DNA of 64,000 bases, taken from positions 56,172,001-56,236,000 of the forward strand of contig NC_059425.1 of NCBI RefSeq assembly GCF_021028975.2, given 5' to 3'. Positions 12,670-25,625 of the stretch are shown here, piece after piece. Numbering within the stretch: the stretch's first letter is position 1; each line of letters starts with the position of its first letter. The notes beneath the pieces were generated by a model, which worked only from the letters and a program-made list of their open reading frames with translations, was not told the DNA's origin and ran no database searches. Made by a program: the position numbers and the translations under genes. Source of the DNA: Sphaerodactylus townsendi. Lineage: Eukaryota.

Positions 12670-14326
12670 CCATGAGAAACAAAACAAAATACTGATGTTC
12701 CAGTGGGAAATAGCAAATTCACTGTAGACTAAAAAAGCCCCTCCATGTTTTGCATGCCGCTTCACAGGGGACATGTAAATATATTACTTTGTTGCAGCCC
12801 TTACTGAAACCCTGTAAGGTAGATCAGTATTATTGCCATGAGAAAAATAAGACTTGCCTAAGCCCACATGGCAGAGATAAGAACTGAGCCAGGGGCTTCC
12901 TGATTTGTAGCTCAGTGTTTTAGTTGCTATGTAACATCACTTCATGGTTTTCAAGATGTCTGTGGTGAATTGGTACAGTGGTGCCAATTTTGGCTTTACA
13001 AATAGGGGACAATGACTCAAGGAGGGAATCCCATCCTCCCCCACTCACTCCTCTGTTCTTGAGCTGTTGCCCCCGCCCCACACATGGACTTGCTAAACCT
13101 GTAGGGGTAGGAAAGTCTTGCCTGTCATCTTCCCACTTGCTCTGCTTGCACACCTGCGCCCAGCTGCTCTGCCTGCATGCACTCCAGTCCCCCCACCCCC
13201 ACTTCGGCTGCATACCCCCTACCATCACCACTCAGCAGAGTGGCAGCTTCTGGGACTGAAGCTTGGGTTTTTAAATTTTCCCTAAAATGATGCCAAAGAA
13301 ATTAGCAAGAGAAGGTAGCAGTTGTGATAATAAGTATGTTTATATTGTTGTTAAATGTTCAGAGCAACATCTCAAGTCCAACAATTTTGGGACCAAATAT
13401 TAAAACCTCCTCACATTCACCTTTTGGCACTGGACTGCAGCTATATTTTGGGATCCGAGAGCAATTTCTCAAATGTAATATTTTAGGGAAAATTTTAAAA
13501 ACCAAGCTTCATTTACAGAAGGACAAAATTTGTATGAACAAGTAATGCAGCAGCATGAGAAGAGTGCTGTTTTGAAGCCACTTTTAATAATTCAATTTAA
13601 GAGCTGGATTTTCTGTGCCAGTTCTTGGCAGTCACCTTTTATGCCTGTCTGATGCCATCCCACTATTGGGAGTCTGCAGATACAGCTCATATGAAACTTT
13701 CCAGCTGGCAGGTATGAGACTACCAGCCAGAAATTACTGTTTCTTTTTAAAATTCTCAATCTGTTCATAAGGTAGCCAGTTTCCTGAAGAACAGAGTTTT
13801 TTCCCATGGCTATCAGTTTGAATTTCTACTGTGGTTTTTAATCCGTGTTTCTCAGCTAAAATGGCATGGAAATATCTTCTAGTGGGCCAAACAAAAGCGC
13901 ATAAACATGCAAGAGTGCATGGCTACGAAAATTTTAGCGTGCAGGGCTATTTGACTCATGGGAGCACAAATGGGCAATTAAACTCACCACAGCAGGTCAT
14001 TTTGAACACCATGCTCTGAACAACAAACTTTCCCACAAAGCATTGCTCACAGGAAGAAAAAAATGAGTGTTTAAGCACTTTGATTGTAATAGACTATGTA
14101 AACAGTAACTGTGCAAGAAAACACTTTTACAGGCATTTGAAGTTGTTCTGGGAAGTCAACTGTTTTATTGTTTTCTACTATTTTTGTATTTATTTTGCTA
14201 CTATAAGCTGCTGAGCCATTTTGGAAACGAAGCATGCACAAATTTTTGATACATAACTGAAACAATGGCTACATTCTCTAATTAGCATTAAGTTATATCA
14301 TTTCACTTTTTCTACTATATACCCAC

Positions 14327-14381
14327 CTTCACAAGGTGTTGCTTTTGTCTCTTGAGGTTTCACAACAGGTTGATAGCAGCC
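14327..14381 (-). CDS. NSL1: NSL1 coding exon 4 (55 nt)
   Basis: attcattcag|GGCTGCTATCAACCTGTTGTG...TGTGAAG|gtgggt; GCYQPVVKPQETKATPCE. Confidence 0.9.
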
Positions 14382-16257
14382 CTGAATGAATAAAAACACA
14401 TTTAACATCTCTATGATTATTTGGTACTTTTATGATCCCCAGAGCAAGGCAACATACGTAATGCAGACAGAGATACATAAAAGAGAGTTTGGGTGCATTG
14501 AGACTGGAAGCAGAGTACTCCATACCCAGGCTTAAACAAACAAAAAACTTGATCTCATCCCATTTATCTAGAATATGTATATACTGCCATTACATACAAT
14601 TCATTATTAAAATGTAATGCAATTAGAGGAAAAAAGAAAGCTTGAAGGAGAAACAGTGCCCCCTGCTGTATGGTTTGGGAGGTAGCACTCTACACTTTAA
14701 AATTATTTTAAAAAGAAGTGTCCACTTCAGATCAAAACATCTAACTGGATATTGCCAGGTACAGAACTTCTCTCTCTGCTTGGTGACATTTCATGTTCCA
14801 CAAGTGTGATGCAATTTCATTGGACTATTTTCCCCAGTCCCTTCTCAGATCCTAGGTTGGCAGCAGCATGGGTGGAGAAACACACAGCACAACCAATACT
14901 TGCTGGAGTTCATATAGTTGCACTGATTTCTACCAGTTCTTCCCTCAGGATTTGGGACAGGTCTTCAAAAAGGTGCCAGTACTCAGTATCAGTGAGTGCC
15001 AGTACGAAAAAAGGTTCTGAGTACAACACTGTATCATGCATTGAATAGAACTGAGCTGAAATGCCTGGACTCTAGAATGGAAATTTACTGTGTAGAAAAG
15101 GGAAGTGGAAGCTTTTCAAGGCATGAAAGTAAATGACATCCCATTAAGCCTCTATTAAAGGGTCAAGGCAGATGGCAACCACATGAAATAGGCAGCGTGC
15201 TGTAGGGGATAAAGTGTTGGGGTCTGAGTTCTAATCCAAAGTAAGCAGTCATGCATGCCCTAGTAACATACACAGTAGACTACATGTTCAGTTCAGAAAA
15301 ATGTTCTGTGTGGGCCTACCCTCAAAGATGATCCGAATCTTTCAACTAGTTCAAAATACAGTAGATAAATTTCATTTTGGAACCTGCTGTAATAACACAA
15401 GTTCTGTCACATATTCACCTTAACCCTCTAAAATAGTAGGGTTCCTAAATTTTGAAGTGGGACACAAACTTACTGTACTTTTTGGGTCCCACTTACAAAT
15501 TAATTCCATTCCCCTTCCCCAACATAAGATGTAGGTATATTATATCAATCAACAATGAACAAGTTGTATTTTATTTTTCATCAGTAGTGTTATGTATGGT
15601 ATATACGCCATCGTGTTCACCTCACTGAACCTTGTAAGAGAGTCACAATGTCCTTTTGGGCCTTGACCCACAGTTTGAGAACCACCGCACTTGGCGCTCT
15701 GGGTCCACAATATCTAAAGGATCATCTCCTCCCATGGCAACCTCTTCAAGCCCCAAATGGGTTGGTGCCATCTCTTCTGTTACACAAGGTCTCTAGATGG
15801 ACTCACTGATGACAACCCCTTGCTTCTCTTTTACTGTGTCCTTTTAAATGTTAAAATATTATAGTCTTGCTTTGAAATTGTTGTAAGCTGCCCTAGGCAC
15901 TTCAGTCAGGGTTGAAAGGGGATTATACAAATCAGCTAAATGAATAATCACTGCTCAGTCAAGAAGCCTTGAGCCAGTTACCTCCTCTGAGCCTTGCCTA
16001 TCTGACAGAGTTGCTGGGAGGGACAACGATGTATTTGTTGTACGCTTTTGCAGCACATATCACATTTGTATGAAGAAGAAGAAGAGTTTGGATTTATACC
16101 TGTCTGCGAAGACATGGAACAAAACACCCAAATTGTGACATTCAGGATTACTGGTCAAGCTATAAGGAAATGATTTACTTCATCTCTATTGATTTTTTTC
16201 CCCTTCCAAGGAATTAATAAGCACATAATATATGACAGAAGAATTAGGGATCCTCAC

Positions 16258-16388
16258 CAACATTTTTTGCTGAGTTTTAATGCTTTTGACGACATGAGCT
16301 TTTATTTTTTTGGGATGGTGATTGCGCTTGGAGGCCACTTCCACTACTAATTCATCCAGCTGATCTTCAAGGGGTTTGATGTCGGCAC
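16258..16388 (-). CDS. NSL1: NSL1 coding exon 3 (131 nt)
   Basis: ctttaattag|GTGCCGACATC...ATGTTG|gtgagg; (G)ADIKPLEDQLDELVVEVASKRNHHPKKIKAHVVKSIKTQQKML. Confidence 0.93.
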
Positions 16389-17059
16389 CTAATTAAAGTA
16401 AAACATGTGAACATACCAAATGAGTCCAAGTACTCTGGGTGAAACTCTGTTAGCAGTATCTCTATGCCCTACAAGTGTAACTCCTCCCTAACACTATCCT
16501 ACTTAGGAAGTCCTAGGTATCCTTAGAAGTTCTGAGAAATGCATGGGCAAAGTTTGCCCTCATCCCATTCATGCTGTTTTCTTAAATTCAGCCAAGCACT
16601 AAAAACAGAATAAAACCCATCCCCTTAGGATGTATGGATCAATAAGAACAGACAAGATTATGTTCAATTTCAGCAAACTGAGCTGGGAAACCTGTGAAGT
16701 GAGAAGTAGCTTTGGGTGCAGGTGAGTGCTGTAATGATGTATCTACCATTAACTTAAAAAACTTCTAGGGAAAGCATCCTTGACGCAGCCTGGAACATTA
16801 GTTGCAATGAAAGGAGTTTGGAGAGAAATGTCGGGGTGGGGGGTGGGGGGGATATGATTGAATTCGCGTATAAACGTATGCATGCGGTAGTTTCATAATT
16901 TTTCTCTCTTTCTCACAATACCAGAACCCGCCAGTACCACCACTGAAGATGCTGGGGTTAATCATAGGGACTGGACAAAAGGAAACATTTTAAGTTCACG
17001 CAAACACATGATCGCGTGTTTGGAATCGCGCCGCCGCTAAGGAAGCGGTATTTGGCCAT

Positions 17060-17307
17060 TAACCTGGATAGCTTTAAAAGATTTATGGAGGTCGATCTCT
17101 GGCTACCAATCTTAATCCTCCTTGATCTGAGATTGCAAATGCCTTAGCAGACCAGGTGCTTGGGAGCAACAGCAGCAGAAGGCCATATAACTTTCACATC
17201 CTGCATGTGAGCTCCCAAAGGCATTGGGTGGGCCACTGCATAGAAGCGTGAGCGCCGGAATTAGATGGACTCTGGTCTGATCCAGCAGGCTCTTTCTTAT
17301 ATTCTTA
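17060..17307 (+). mobile_element. CR1-clade LINE 3' UTR fragment
   Basis: Ends CTGGTCTGATCCAGCAGGCTCTTTCTTATATTCTTA; similar tails at ~55385-55840 (+), ~31615-31830 (-) and ~37750-38075 (-). Confidence 0.6.
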
Positions 17308-17775
17308 AATGGGGAAATGGTCCACTTCACTTGACTAGAAAGCAATAGCTTCAAAGCACTGCTATCGTTAGCTGTCCATAAAATACAGTCATAGTACCAT
17401 TTTTACTCTAACTTTCAGAATATTAAGAAATTGCATTGATGGATTTTGAGCACCCTCTACTGGACAAAGATTGTGACATCTGAAAAATAAGGTTAACAAA
17501 ATTGCACTGTTGATCCTTAAAACAGTAATGATTTGAACATATATTTTTTAAAAACACACATTAACAATATTCAATATTTCACTCTTTAGTTGAAGCTAAT
17601 AATGTACCATTTGACATTCAACAATTGCATCCAGATTTTACATATATTTTCTACAGATGCACACATTTCTGCAAGTAGGCATGTAAAGGTTCTTGATTGT
17701 TGCTTAATGCTGGTTAAGAATCCCAGGTTGTGACAGAAACAAACTTAAATTAGTGAAGGCTGTAGCAATGGTATA

Positions 17776-18325
17776 GTGTCTAGATCGAGGGATGTAATTG
17801 TACCTCTCTATTCCGCATTGGTTAGACCTCACCTGGAACACTGTGTACAGTTCTGGGCACCACAATTGAAGAAGGATATTGACAAGCTGGAATGGGTCCA
17901 GAGGAGGGCAACCAAAATGGCAAAAGGTCTGGAATCCATGCCCTACGAGAAGAGACTTAGGGAGCTGTGTATGCTTAGTTTGGTGAAGAGAAGGTTAAGA
18001 GGTAACATGATAGCCATGATTAAATATTTGAAGGAGTGTCATGTTGGTGAGGGAGTAAGCTTGTTTTCTGCTGCTCCAGAGACTAGGACCAGGAGTAATG
18101 GGTTCAAGGTGAAGGAAAAGAGATTCCACCTAAACATCAGGAAAAACTTCCTGACAGTAAGGGTTGTTCGACAGTGGAATGCACAACCTCAGAGTGTGGT
18201 GGAGTCTCCTTCTTCGGAGGTTTTAAAACAGAGGCTGGATGGCCATCTGATTTATGTGTTCCTACATTGCAGGGGGTTAGACTTGATGGCCCTTGGGGTC
18301 TCTTCCAACTCTATGATTTTATTCT
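17776..18325 (+). mobile_element. 5'-truncated CR1 LINE (ORF2 C-terminus plus 3' end)
   Basis: PLYSALVRPHLEHCVQFWAP...RKNFLTVRVVRQWN is typical CR1 ORF2; 3' end TCTTCCAACTCTATGATTTTATTCTA. Confidence 0.95.
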
Positions 18326-19471
18326 AAGGTGCCCACATTTGGACACCAAAACAAATTAAAACCAAGACTGAAATGTACTATAGAGAAGAAATGCCTTTCA
18401 GTTAACATGGCTTTGCCCACCACAAAAACTCCAGCTTGTTTAAACTGAGGTGGTTTCCACATGTGTTTGTGTGTGTGGTGGTGGTTGGGGTGGGGGTGGG
18501 GGGGCTTGTGCAGTTTCTCCACTACTGGAGAGGCTACACATAAAGTACAGTGAAAATGATGCCTCCACATGGCAGGACTTGTTGCCCCAACATCCAGCTG
18601 TAGCTACTCCATCCCACAGCATCAGGGGCTTTTGCCATTTTTTAAATCAGCAGTGGAATATCAATATATCATTGTAACAATGGGTATAATAGGCCCTGCT
18701 TTCTTCTAAAAAATTCCAACTTTCTTTTTTTAAAAAGCAAGTCTCTTTTTATCTCTGAAAGGGAAGGAATTAAAGATTTATAGCCCAATCCAGAGGGTGG
18801 GGCTGAATCTCCCTCTGGAGGTGACGGGCTTATGACATGGATTTGCCCTCTCTGGGGCACTTAACGGAGAAACCTAAGGAGGTGAACAAATGCATCATGA
18901 TGGTTTGAAGAAGCAGGAAAAAATGAGCATTAAACCCAGGGCAGATGACCCATGAAGTAATGACAGGAGACTTATAAAGTCTTTTGCACAGTGGGTCAGG
19001 AAGTTGCAGTTTCCTATTGCTGCTACAACTGCCAATACAGCACCTCGGCAACTAGGGTTCCTCGTGGCAAGTTTCCCCTTAGTTTCCCTGGTCCAGTTTC
19101 CTGGAAGCAGCCCATCCCCCCATCAGGGTCTTCTAAAAACCTGCAACTGAATATCATTATATTGATATAACAATGCAATAATAATAGTAAAAGGTTCTCT
19201 GAATTCTTACCTTTCACTAAAAAAAACAGTAAATCTCTACCTCCTTATAAGATTAGTGAGGACTCCAACCGTATCTTTAACATTTTAAACAGAACAGCTA
19301 TAATTGTGTAAAATAAATGGATGAGCGGAAGCATTTCTGCCCACAGAATGCAACTTTCTTTTCCTGCCTCCTGCTGTAGTCCAAAAGGCCACCTAGGGCA
19401 TTTAGGGCTATAATGGGAAAAAGGAAAAGAGAAAGTAAATTTTTACAGGAGGAAGCTTCTCTGCTGACAGT

Positions 19472-19612
19472 GGCTCATTCCGCACATGCAGAATAATGCA
19501 CTTTCAAACTGCTTTCATTGCTCTTTGAAGCTGTGCGGAACAGCAAAATCCACTTGCAAACAGTTGTGAAAGTGGTTTGAAAACGCATTATTTTGCGTGT
19601 GCGGAAGGGGCC
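19472..19612. mobile_element. Harbinger/PIF-like MITE (141 bp)
   Basis: TIR GGCTCATTCCGCAC / GTGCGGAAGGGGCC; 3-bp TSD AGT. Confidence 0.75.
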
Positions 19613-20252
19613 AGTGTTACCATACCACCCTGGCATAGTGGTGGTGGGGGGGATGTTTATTCACAGGTACCCCTGCCCAAATGCGAGCCTAGAAAGGTGA
19701 TGTTGGCATTGTAGAGATGGACCGCTTCTACCAAAAAGAATTGTTTTCTGGTTCTCATGCTCACAACCTGACTGTTATGTCAGCATATGTTCAGCATCAC
19801 AGCAAAAGGAGAGTGTGTTCCCAATATGATACAGTATTTCAGCTGCAAGACAATTACTGATGTCATTCTCCTTCATGATTACCTTAACCCAAAATACTCC
19901 CTCCTGTAACTACTTTTGACCACCACACTGTATTCCATTGTTTCTCAACAACATACACCCAGACACCTCCCAGAGGCTGTCCAGTCATCCTCTAAAAGGC
20001 CATCCTGACACTCACAGAAATGGATCTTTACTATAAAGTTCCCACCCTCCCAGAGGCCTTTGTCCAGCGCCATTTATATCTTTCCATAGTTGTTGCTGTA
20101 CCCACTCATGAAGCACCCCCACCCCCCACCCCCACCAGACGCTGGCCGTTTGACTCTGAATCCTGGATCTTCTTCACTTCACTATCAGGTTTTATTACCC
20201 ATACATTCCACATCCTAGTTCTATTCCAAAATCTATTTTCCAACCTATCAAT

Positions 20253-20775
20253 GACTCTTTCCGCACGGCCAGCTTGCAGGGGTTCAGCGGAATAGTTTAT
20301 GCAGTTGCATTCCCGTGGGACCGTTTGCATGGACAGTCCCGCTGGGTGCACCAGCTGCAGCGCAGCCTTCGCACAGGCTGCGCTGCTCCCAAACGCTGCT
20401 TACCCTCGTCTGCTTCCGTCGCGTTGTGGAGGCCAGGGGACAAGCCCCCCTGGCCAGAGCAACGACCCTGGACTCAGAGGCCAGGAGGCATGTCTCCTGG
20501 CCTCCACAATGCGATGGAAGGAGACCAGAGGTAAGCAGCGTTTGGGAGGGCCGGGGGAGAAACACCGGCTTCCACCTGGTGCCATTCGCATGGCACCGAA
20601 TGGAAGCCGGTGTTTGCTAAAAACCTTGCTCCCCGAGCGAGGTTTGAAAACACCATTTTGGCGGGAACAGAGCACCGCTGCATTGATTTGGCAGTGACGC
20701 CTGTGCGAAGGGTCCCCGCCAAAATGGTGTTTTACCGGCCCGACAGCGTTGATTTTGGCCCATGAGGAAAGGGCC
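20253..20775. mobile_element. CpG-rich Harbinger-like MITE with internal palindromes
   Basis: Imperfect TIR GACTCTTTCCGCACGG / CCATGAGGAAAGGGCC related to the 19472 element; flanks AAT/TAT; several internal hairpins. Confidence 0.7.
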
Positions 20776-21217
20776 TATATCTTAGGAACTGTGTGTGTGC
20801 ATGGCTGCTGAACTGAATCAGATGCTTGTAAACCCCTTCTCCCTTTCCCCTGAGAGCTGATCTCTGTATAAACTAGTACAAAAGATTCCTTAAACAAGCC
20901 TCTTACAAACAAGCAATCTGCTCTAAGCTAATTTCCCAACATCATTGAGAGACTGTGTCTTCACCTTGGGTAACAGCAGAAACACTAGGGCTGGATTCAA
21001 GCCTTATTTTTCAACTCTGTAACAATACATGGTTGGGATGCAACTTATGATTTTCCCCAATGCTTACACAAAAGTTCACGCAGTGCAATTACAAAGTGCT
21101 TCTTTAACAGTTCTCATGCTTTTACTCGTACAAAAGGTTACACAAACTTTCTGACAATCACTTGAACAAGCAAAAATACATCTTGGGGTTAAGTTTTACT
21201 TCCCTTGCACAATGTTC

Positions 21218-21266
<49 letters not shown>

Positions 21267-21268
21267 TT
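21218..21268. repeat. (TTTC)n microsatellite
   Basis: Read directly from the sequence. Confidence 0.95.
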
Positions 21269-21632
21269 TTACCCTGCCCTATCCTGACTAGGTCTAGTGC
21301 AATAAGTAATACAACCCTTGGGAACAGTAATATTGACCAAGATGAAAACTTAATGACAAGATGCAAAACTATAACCAAATTTAACAAATCAGAGGGTCAG
21401 CTCCATCCACAGGGCTGGGCACCCAGACATGGTGCCGCAATCGCACAGCCATGCCGTTCCCAAGGGGGCATTCCAGCAGTACAGGCAGGCAAAAAACACA
21501 ACAAAGCCACCTCACCACCAGAAAGTCCCCGTTGAGCCTGATGGATGTACACCATCAAAAAGGTGGCGCAAGTCCACACCCCTGCGTGCTGGCAGGGCAA
21601 TACCTGGGTGGAAGACAACTAACATCATAAGA

Positions 21633-21655
21633 ACATCATCATCATCATCATCATC

Positions 21656-21700
<45 letters not shown>
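21633..21700. repeat. (ATC)n-(AAT)n compound microsatellite
   Basis: Read directly from the sequence. Confidence 0.95.
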
Positions 21701-21701
<1 letters not shown>

Positions 21702-21912
21702 GATAGTGTTTAGATAGGAAGATAGAAAGGATAGGAAGGAGCCACTCCATGAATACACTACAGGTACAGGTGAGGAAGGGGGCGGTCCTAGAGGTCAAAT
21801 AGTTCCACTCAACTGTATAAACATTCACGAAACAGCTATTTTAATTATAATCATACAAACTTGGAAGCAACAATCCACTAGGAAGTATATATCATTTTCT
21901 GATATTCAATGT

Positions 21913-22125
21913 GAAAGCCATTGTGGTATAATGGTTCAAGTGTTGGGAGACTCGGGGGTTTGAATCCCCAATGCTGCCATGGAATTTGCTAGGCAGCTCT
22001 GGGAATGTGAAACTCTCTCAAACCAATCTACCTCACAGGATTATTGTGAGGATAAACTAGAGGAGGACAGAACAGTATAGGAAATTGCTTTAGGTTACCA
22101 CTCGGGAGAAAAATGGTGCATAAAT
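21913..22125 (+). mobile_element. Old tRNA-derived SINE (Squam3/MIR-like)
   Basis: A-box-like TGTGGTATAATGGTT, B-box-like GGTTTGAATCCC, core TCTCTCAAACCAATCTACCTCACAGG. Confidence 0.6.
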
Positions 22126-22533
22126 AAAATGAAACAATGTAAGAGAGAACTATCAAAGCTAGTCACTCCTCATAAGTGCCTGAAACATGACCATAGGAAT
22201 GCAGTACTTAATATGAAACTCTGAACTAGAACTGCCTTTTAACAGGACTATGCAAATGTGCTTGGACATTAGTGCCCAAGGTGGCATGCATAAGATTATA
22301 AAAAAGTAAACACAAGATTATAAAAAAGTAAACCAGATAAAACAAAACTAAACAGATAGAACTAAATTAACCATAAAACCAACAACAAAAAACAGAATAA
22401 GAAACAAAACAACTAGTGAGATAAAAAATACTTATTTGAAACAAAAAAGGATTTTTGTTGGCTTTCACAGATACCCTCCTTGAATAATGAAGCACAAAAC
22501 AAGAAATTTAAGTGTACTGAAAAATTCACACAC

Positions 22534-22612
22534 CATTTTGAAGATTGCTTGGTGACTCCTGCCATGGTTGTCCATTAACAGTTATGTTATCTTGTACAGC
22601 TGTTTCAAAGTT
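22534..22612 (-). CDS. NSL1: NSL1 coding exon 2 (79 nt)
   Basis: ttctacag|AACTTTGAAACAGCT...CAAAATG|gtgtgt; NFETAVQDNITVNGQPWQESPSNLQN. Confidence 0.93.
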
Positions 22613-25197
22613 CTGTAGAAAAAAGTTTTTAAAAAATCTTTAAAATAGAATTTAATTTCTGCCAGTAAAATACCAGAAAACCCTTAATTATTCCTAACAC
22701 TGTCATAGCTTTTATATCACTATGCAGAAAATCTTTGCAGAAGAATGAATTCACATCATCTTAGGGTTGTGCTAAAATGCAAACGTGAATGAGACATTCA
22801 TGCATCTATATTCAGCAAGTGGCTTCCTTCAATGCATGACAATATTTTGTAACACAATGGAAAAATCCCCATCCACTACAAGCCAGTAGTGGTACAATAA
22901 AATGCCATCAAATACTGACACAGTTCAGACATGACAAATCACATCTTAGCACATGAATAATTTCTGTATTCGAATACGCTCTCGTTCGAACTGAGTAGAA
23001 TTTTAATTGAATGAGAACCATTTGCTGGTCTAGATGTAGTTTATTGGCTGTTATTTGTGCTCTCTTTTTGAAGCAAGATTGCAAATCGCTATGCTTGATT
23101 ACACTTTACAGTTCAGATAAGGAAAATAAACCACAATTAGAAAGAAATAATGAGGAATTGTTGATGGGGCCAAGTCAGAAATCATTCATGGACTCCAAGT
23201 GCGTGCAATGGGAGGGGGGCAAAAGGAGCACATGAGAATAGGGCTCATAGTGTCAAACTGTGGTTTGATGCTGGTGAACCATGCTATTCTCACACCCACT
23301 TTATTACCACTCATGCTTATACTGTGCCTAACACAGAAAATCCAACAAAGTGTTGGCTAAAAATACACCAGGATGACAGACTTGATGCTCAATAGTGGTG
23401 CATGAGGAAAATGAAACCAGGGTGGAAATACATGAAACTGAATTAGAAAATGTGATGCATTGTGTGCTTTAGCAAGTGGTGGCTGTTCTAATATTATGTG
23501 GATGACAGCTTTATTCATGAATGGCTACCTACTGACAGTCATTGGTTGGTAGATCTCATCAATAATAACAGAAATTTTAAGTAGTAACCTTCCAACACCT
23601 GCTCAAATGTGTCTCTTTGGTTGCAGAAGGTTGTACAAAAAACAAAATCTCACACAAATACAGGAATCATAAAGAACAGTGAAGATGTTTAAGAACTCAA
23701 CTTCCTGGAGATCATATGCTCAATCAGCTGCATTTGGCTTTGATGTAACAGACTCTAAGCACCTCCAGCACATCTTTTTTCCAGATGTTGGTAAGGAGGG
23801 AATCCAGAGTGCACTTGGAAAACATTACCATGGGATGAGAGGATTAGAATGTAGAGAGGGAAGTAGAATATGAGGAAGGGATGCAGAGAGAGGGATAAGA
23901 AGCTGGACCTCCAAGCCCAGGCCTGTTTCCTTTAACACTAGCCCCAAAAGCTAGCCCCAAAAGCCATAGTCAATCCACGGACCAGAACTCCCCAAAGGCA
24001 GCCCCCAAGGAGCTTGACATTCCTTTTAACAGACTGGAAAAAACAAGAGGCTTCTTGGGTCACCTAGCAAGCCTGGTCCTCTCTTCAGTTCTAAAAAGAA
24101 TGCCAAACAGGTCCCCAGGCCAGAGACAGAATGTACAATCATATATATTGTAAGCTAGGGTTAAGATCAACTATCACACAACTCTATAAAATTTGTCAAC
24201 AGCCTTTGGTAAGGAAGACCACTACTCGCTGTTCTGTTAATGCTTAGTGGTTGCCCCGAGCAGGGACTGCTGTCAAAAGGGCTGCCAGCCAAGTAGTCAT
24301 TTGTGGCAACAAATGATATGGCAACAAATGATATGGGCTGCCAGCTGGTGAGTAGTCATTTGTGGCAACAAAAAGGTGGAGATCTATAAACATTCTGCAG
24401 CACAAGAAGAACCAAAGAGATGATAGTCTCTTTCCAAGCCTAGTTCCAAAAATGGAAGCCTCATAGACCATAACAGATATAGGGTACATAGTGAAAGAGT
24501 TCTGTAGCTCAAGAGGTTAACGGCACTTCTTCAGGCTACAAAAAAGACAGTGCTGAAGTAAGCTATCCCACATTTTCAAAAACTTTAGAAATAGGGAGTA
24601 CTATATTAAGGATGCTCTGTTTTCAGTCAAGACCCTCAGACATGAATAAATTTGACAGGTGAAGCTCAAAGACACAGTCTCTTGAGAGTGCTGCATCTTT
24701 GGATATTTCTTCCTGTCATGCAAAAGCGAGACCCACAAAAGTGTGCTCTTTATAAATTATAATACTAGAAAAACAGAATAGTATCACGTCATTTAAAAAT
24801 ATATATCATCAGCTGCAGCACGAGACGACAGCCTGTACACTGCCTTCACTTTTACACACGCACATCATGCATGCTAAAAATACGATATCTCCACATATCT
24901 TATTGCAAGATTAAATTATAGAAAAGCGAGGTAGTGAAATTACACTCCAAAGAATAGCATCTGCAGCATGGTTAAAATAAAAATGAAAGGGGGGGGGGGA
25001 GGGACGTGAACGCACTGGGAGTCGTGCCCCAAAATAGGGACAAAGAAAGCCTTATGATGGAGCCATTAAAAAAACAACAACCCTAATACTCAGTTTTCCT
25101 CCAGTCAGTCAATCTCCCCAGCGTCGTTTTAAAAAAGGCGCTTAACACACACACACAAGACGACAGGACTTAGAGCCACCGCCTCCTCCACTCTTAC

Positions 25198-25395
25198 CCA
25201 GACGGCTTCGCCGAGAGCCCATTGCAAGGTCTCGGTCTCGACCGGCTGCTCGTCGCCGAGCGCGCGCACGTGAGATTTGCAGCAGCCCAGCAACTCTGCA
25301 ACCGAGCGGCACGAGCGACACCGGACGTGGGGATCTCGGCCTGGAGCGGGGCCGGGGGGCGTCTCCGCAGGCAGCGCCTCCGCCTCTGCCGCCAT
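25198..25395 (-). CDS. NSL1: NSL1 coding exon 1 (198 nt)
   Basis: GAAATGGCG start; MAAEAEALP...DPHVRCRSCRSVAELL...LGEAVW|gtaaga; lies in a CpG island. Confidence 0.9.
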
Positions 25396-25625
25396 TTCCC
25401 TCTCTACCCGAGCCGTTGATGAACGGATCTGCCCACAGGGCGCGCTTCTTGGACAGGAAATGAAACTGAGCCGAGTTCCTTTGAAGGCCGTACCGAGGCA
25501 AAAGAATGGGACGTCGGAAAATAGATCCGGCCAAGAACTAGCGCCTTTGCTGGGAGTTCCGATGTTATAAGGATGGGGGCGGTGGACTGCCATTGCCACA
25601 TCGCGGCGCCTGAGTTCCAAGAGGT
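25200..25625. promoter_or_regulatory. CpG island / bidirectional NSL1-TATDN3 promoter
   Basis: High CpG density; divergent ATGs at 25395 (-) and 25573 (+); YY1-like GCCGCCATTT over the NSL1 start; ETS/IRF-like motifs between the starts. Confidence 0.85.
25573..25623 (+). CDS. TATDN3: TATDN3 (TatD-family DNase) exon 1
   Basis: MGAVDCHCHIAAPEFQE|gtgaga; DxHxH metal-binding motif of TatD. Confidence 0.93.

Noticed and set aside
15425-15690. Third SPIN-like copy
   Set aside because: Only one TIR-like end (TTTGAGAACCACCG) is visible, with no TSD; too degraded to call.
17776-18327. 183-aa ORF as a host gene
   Set aside because: It is CR1 ORF2 C-terminal sequence running into the CR1 3' end.
20274-20722. 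Stack of overlapping ORFs on both strands
   Set aside because: Caused by a GC-rich palindromic MITE that is poor in stop codons.
25129-25620. 163-aa ORF as an N-terminally extended NSL1
   Set aside because: The upstream part overlaps TATDN3 exon 1 and the promoter; NSL1 similarity begins near ATG 25395 and ends at the donor at 25197.
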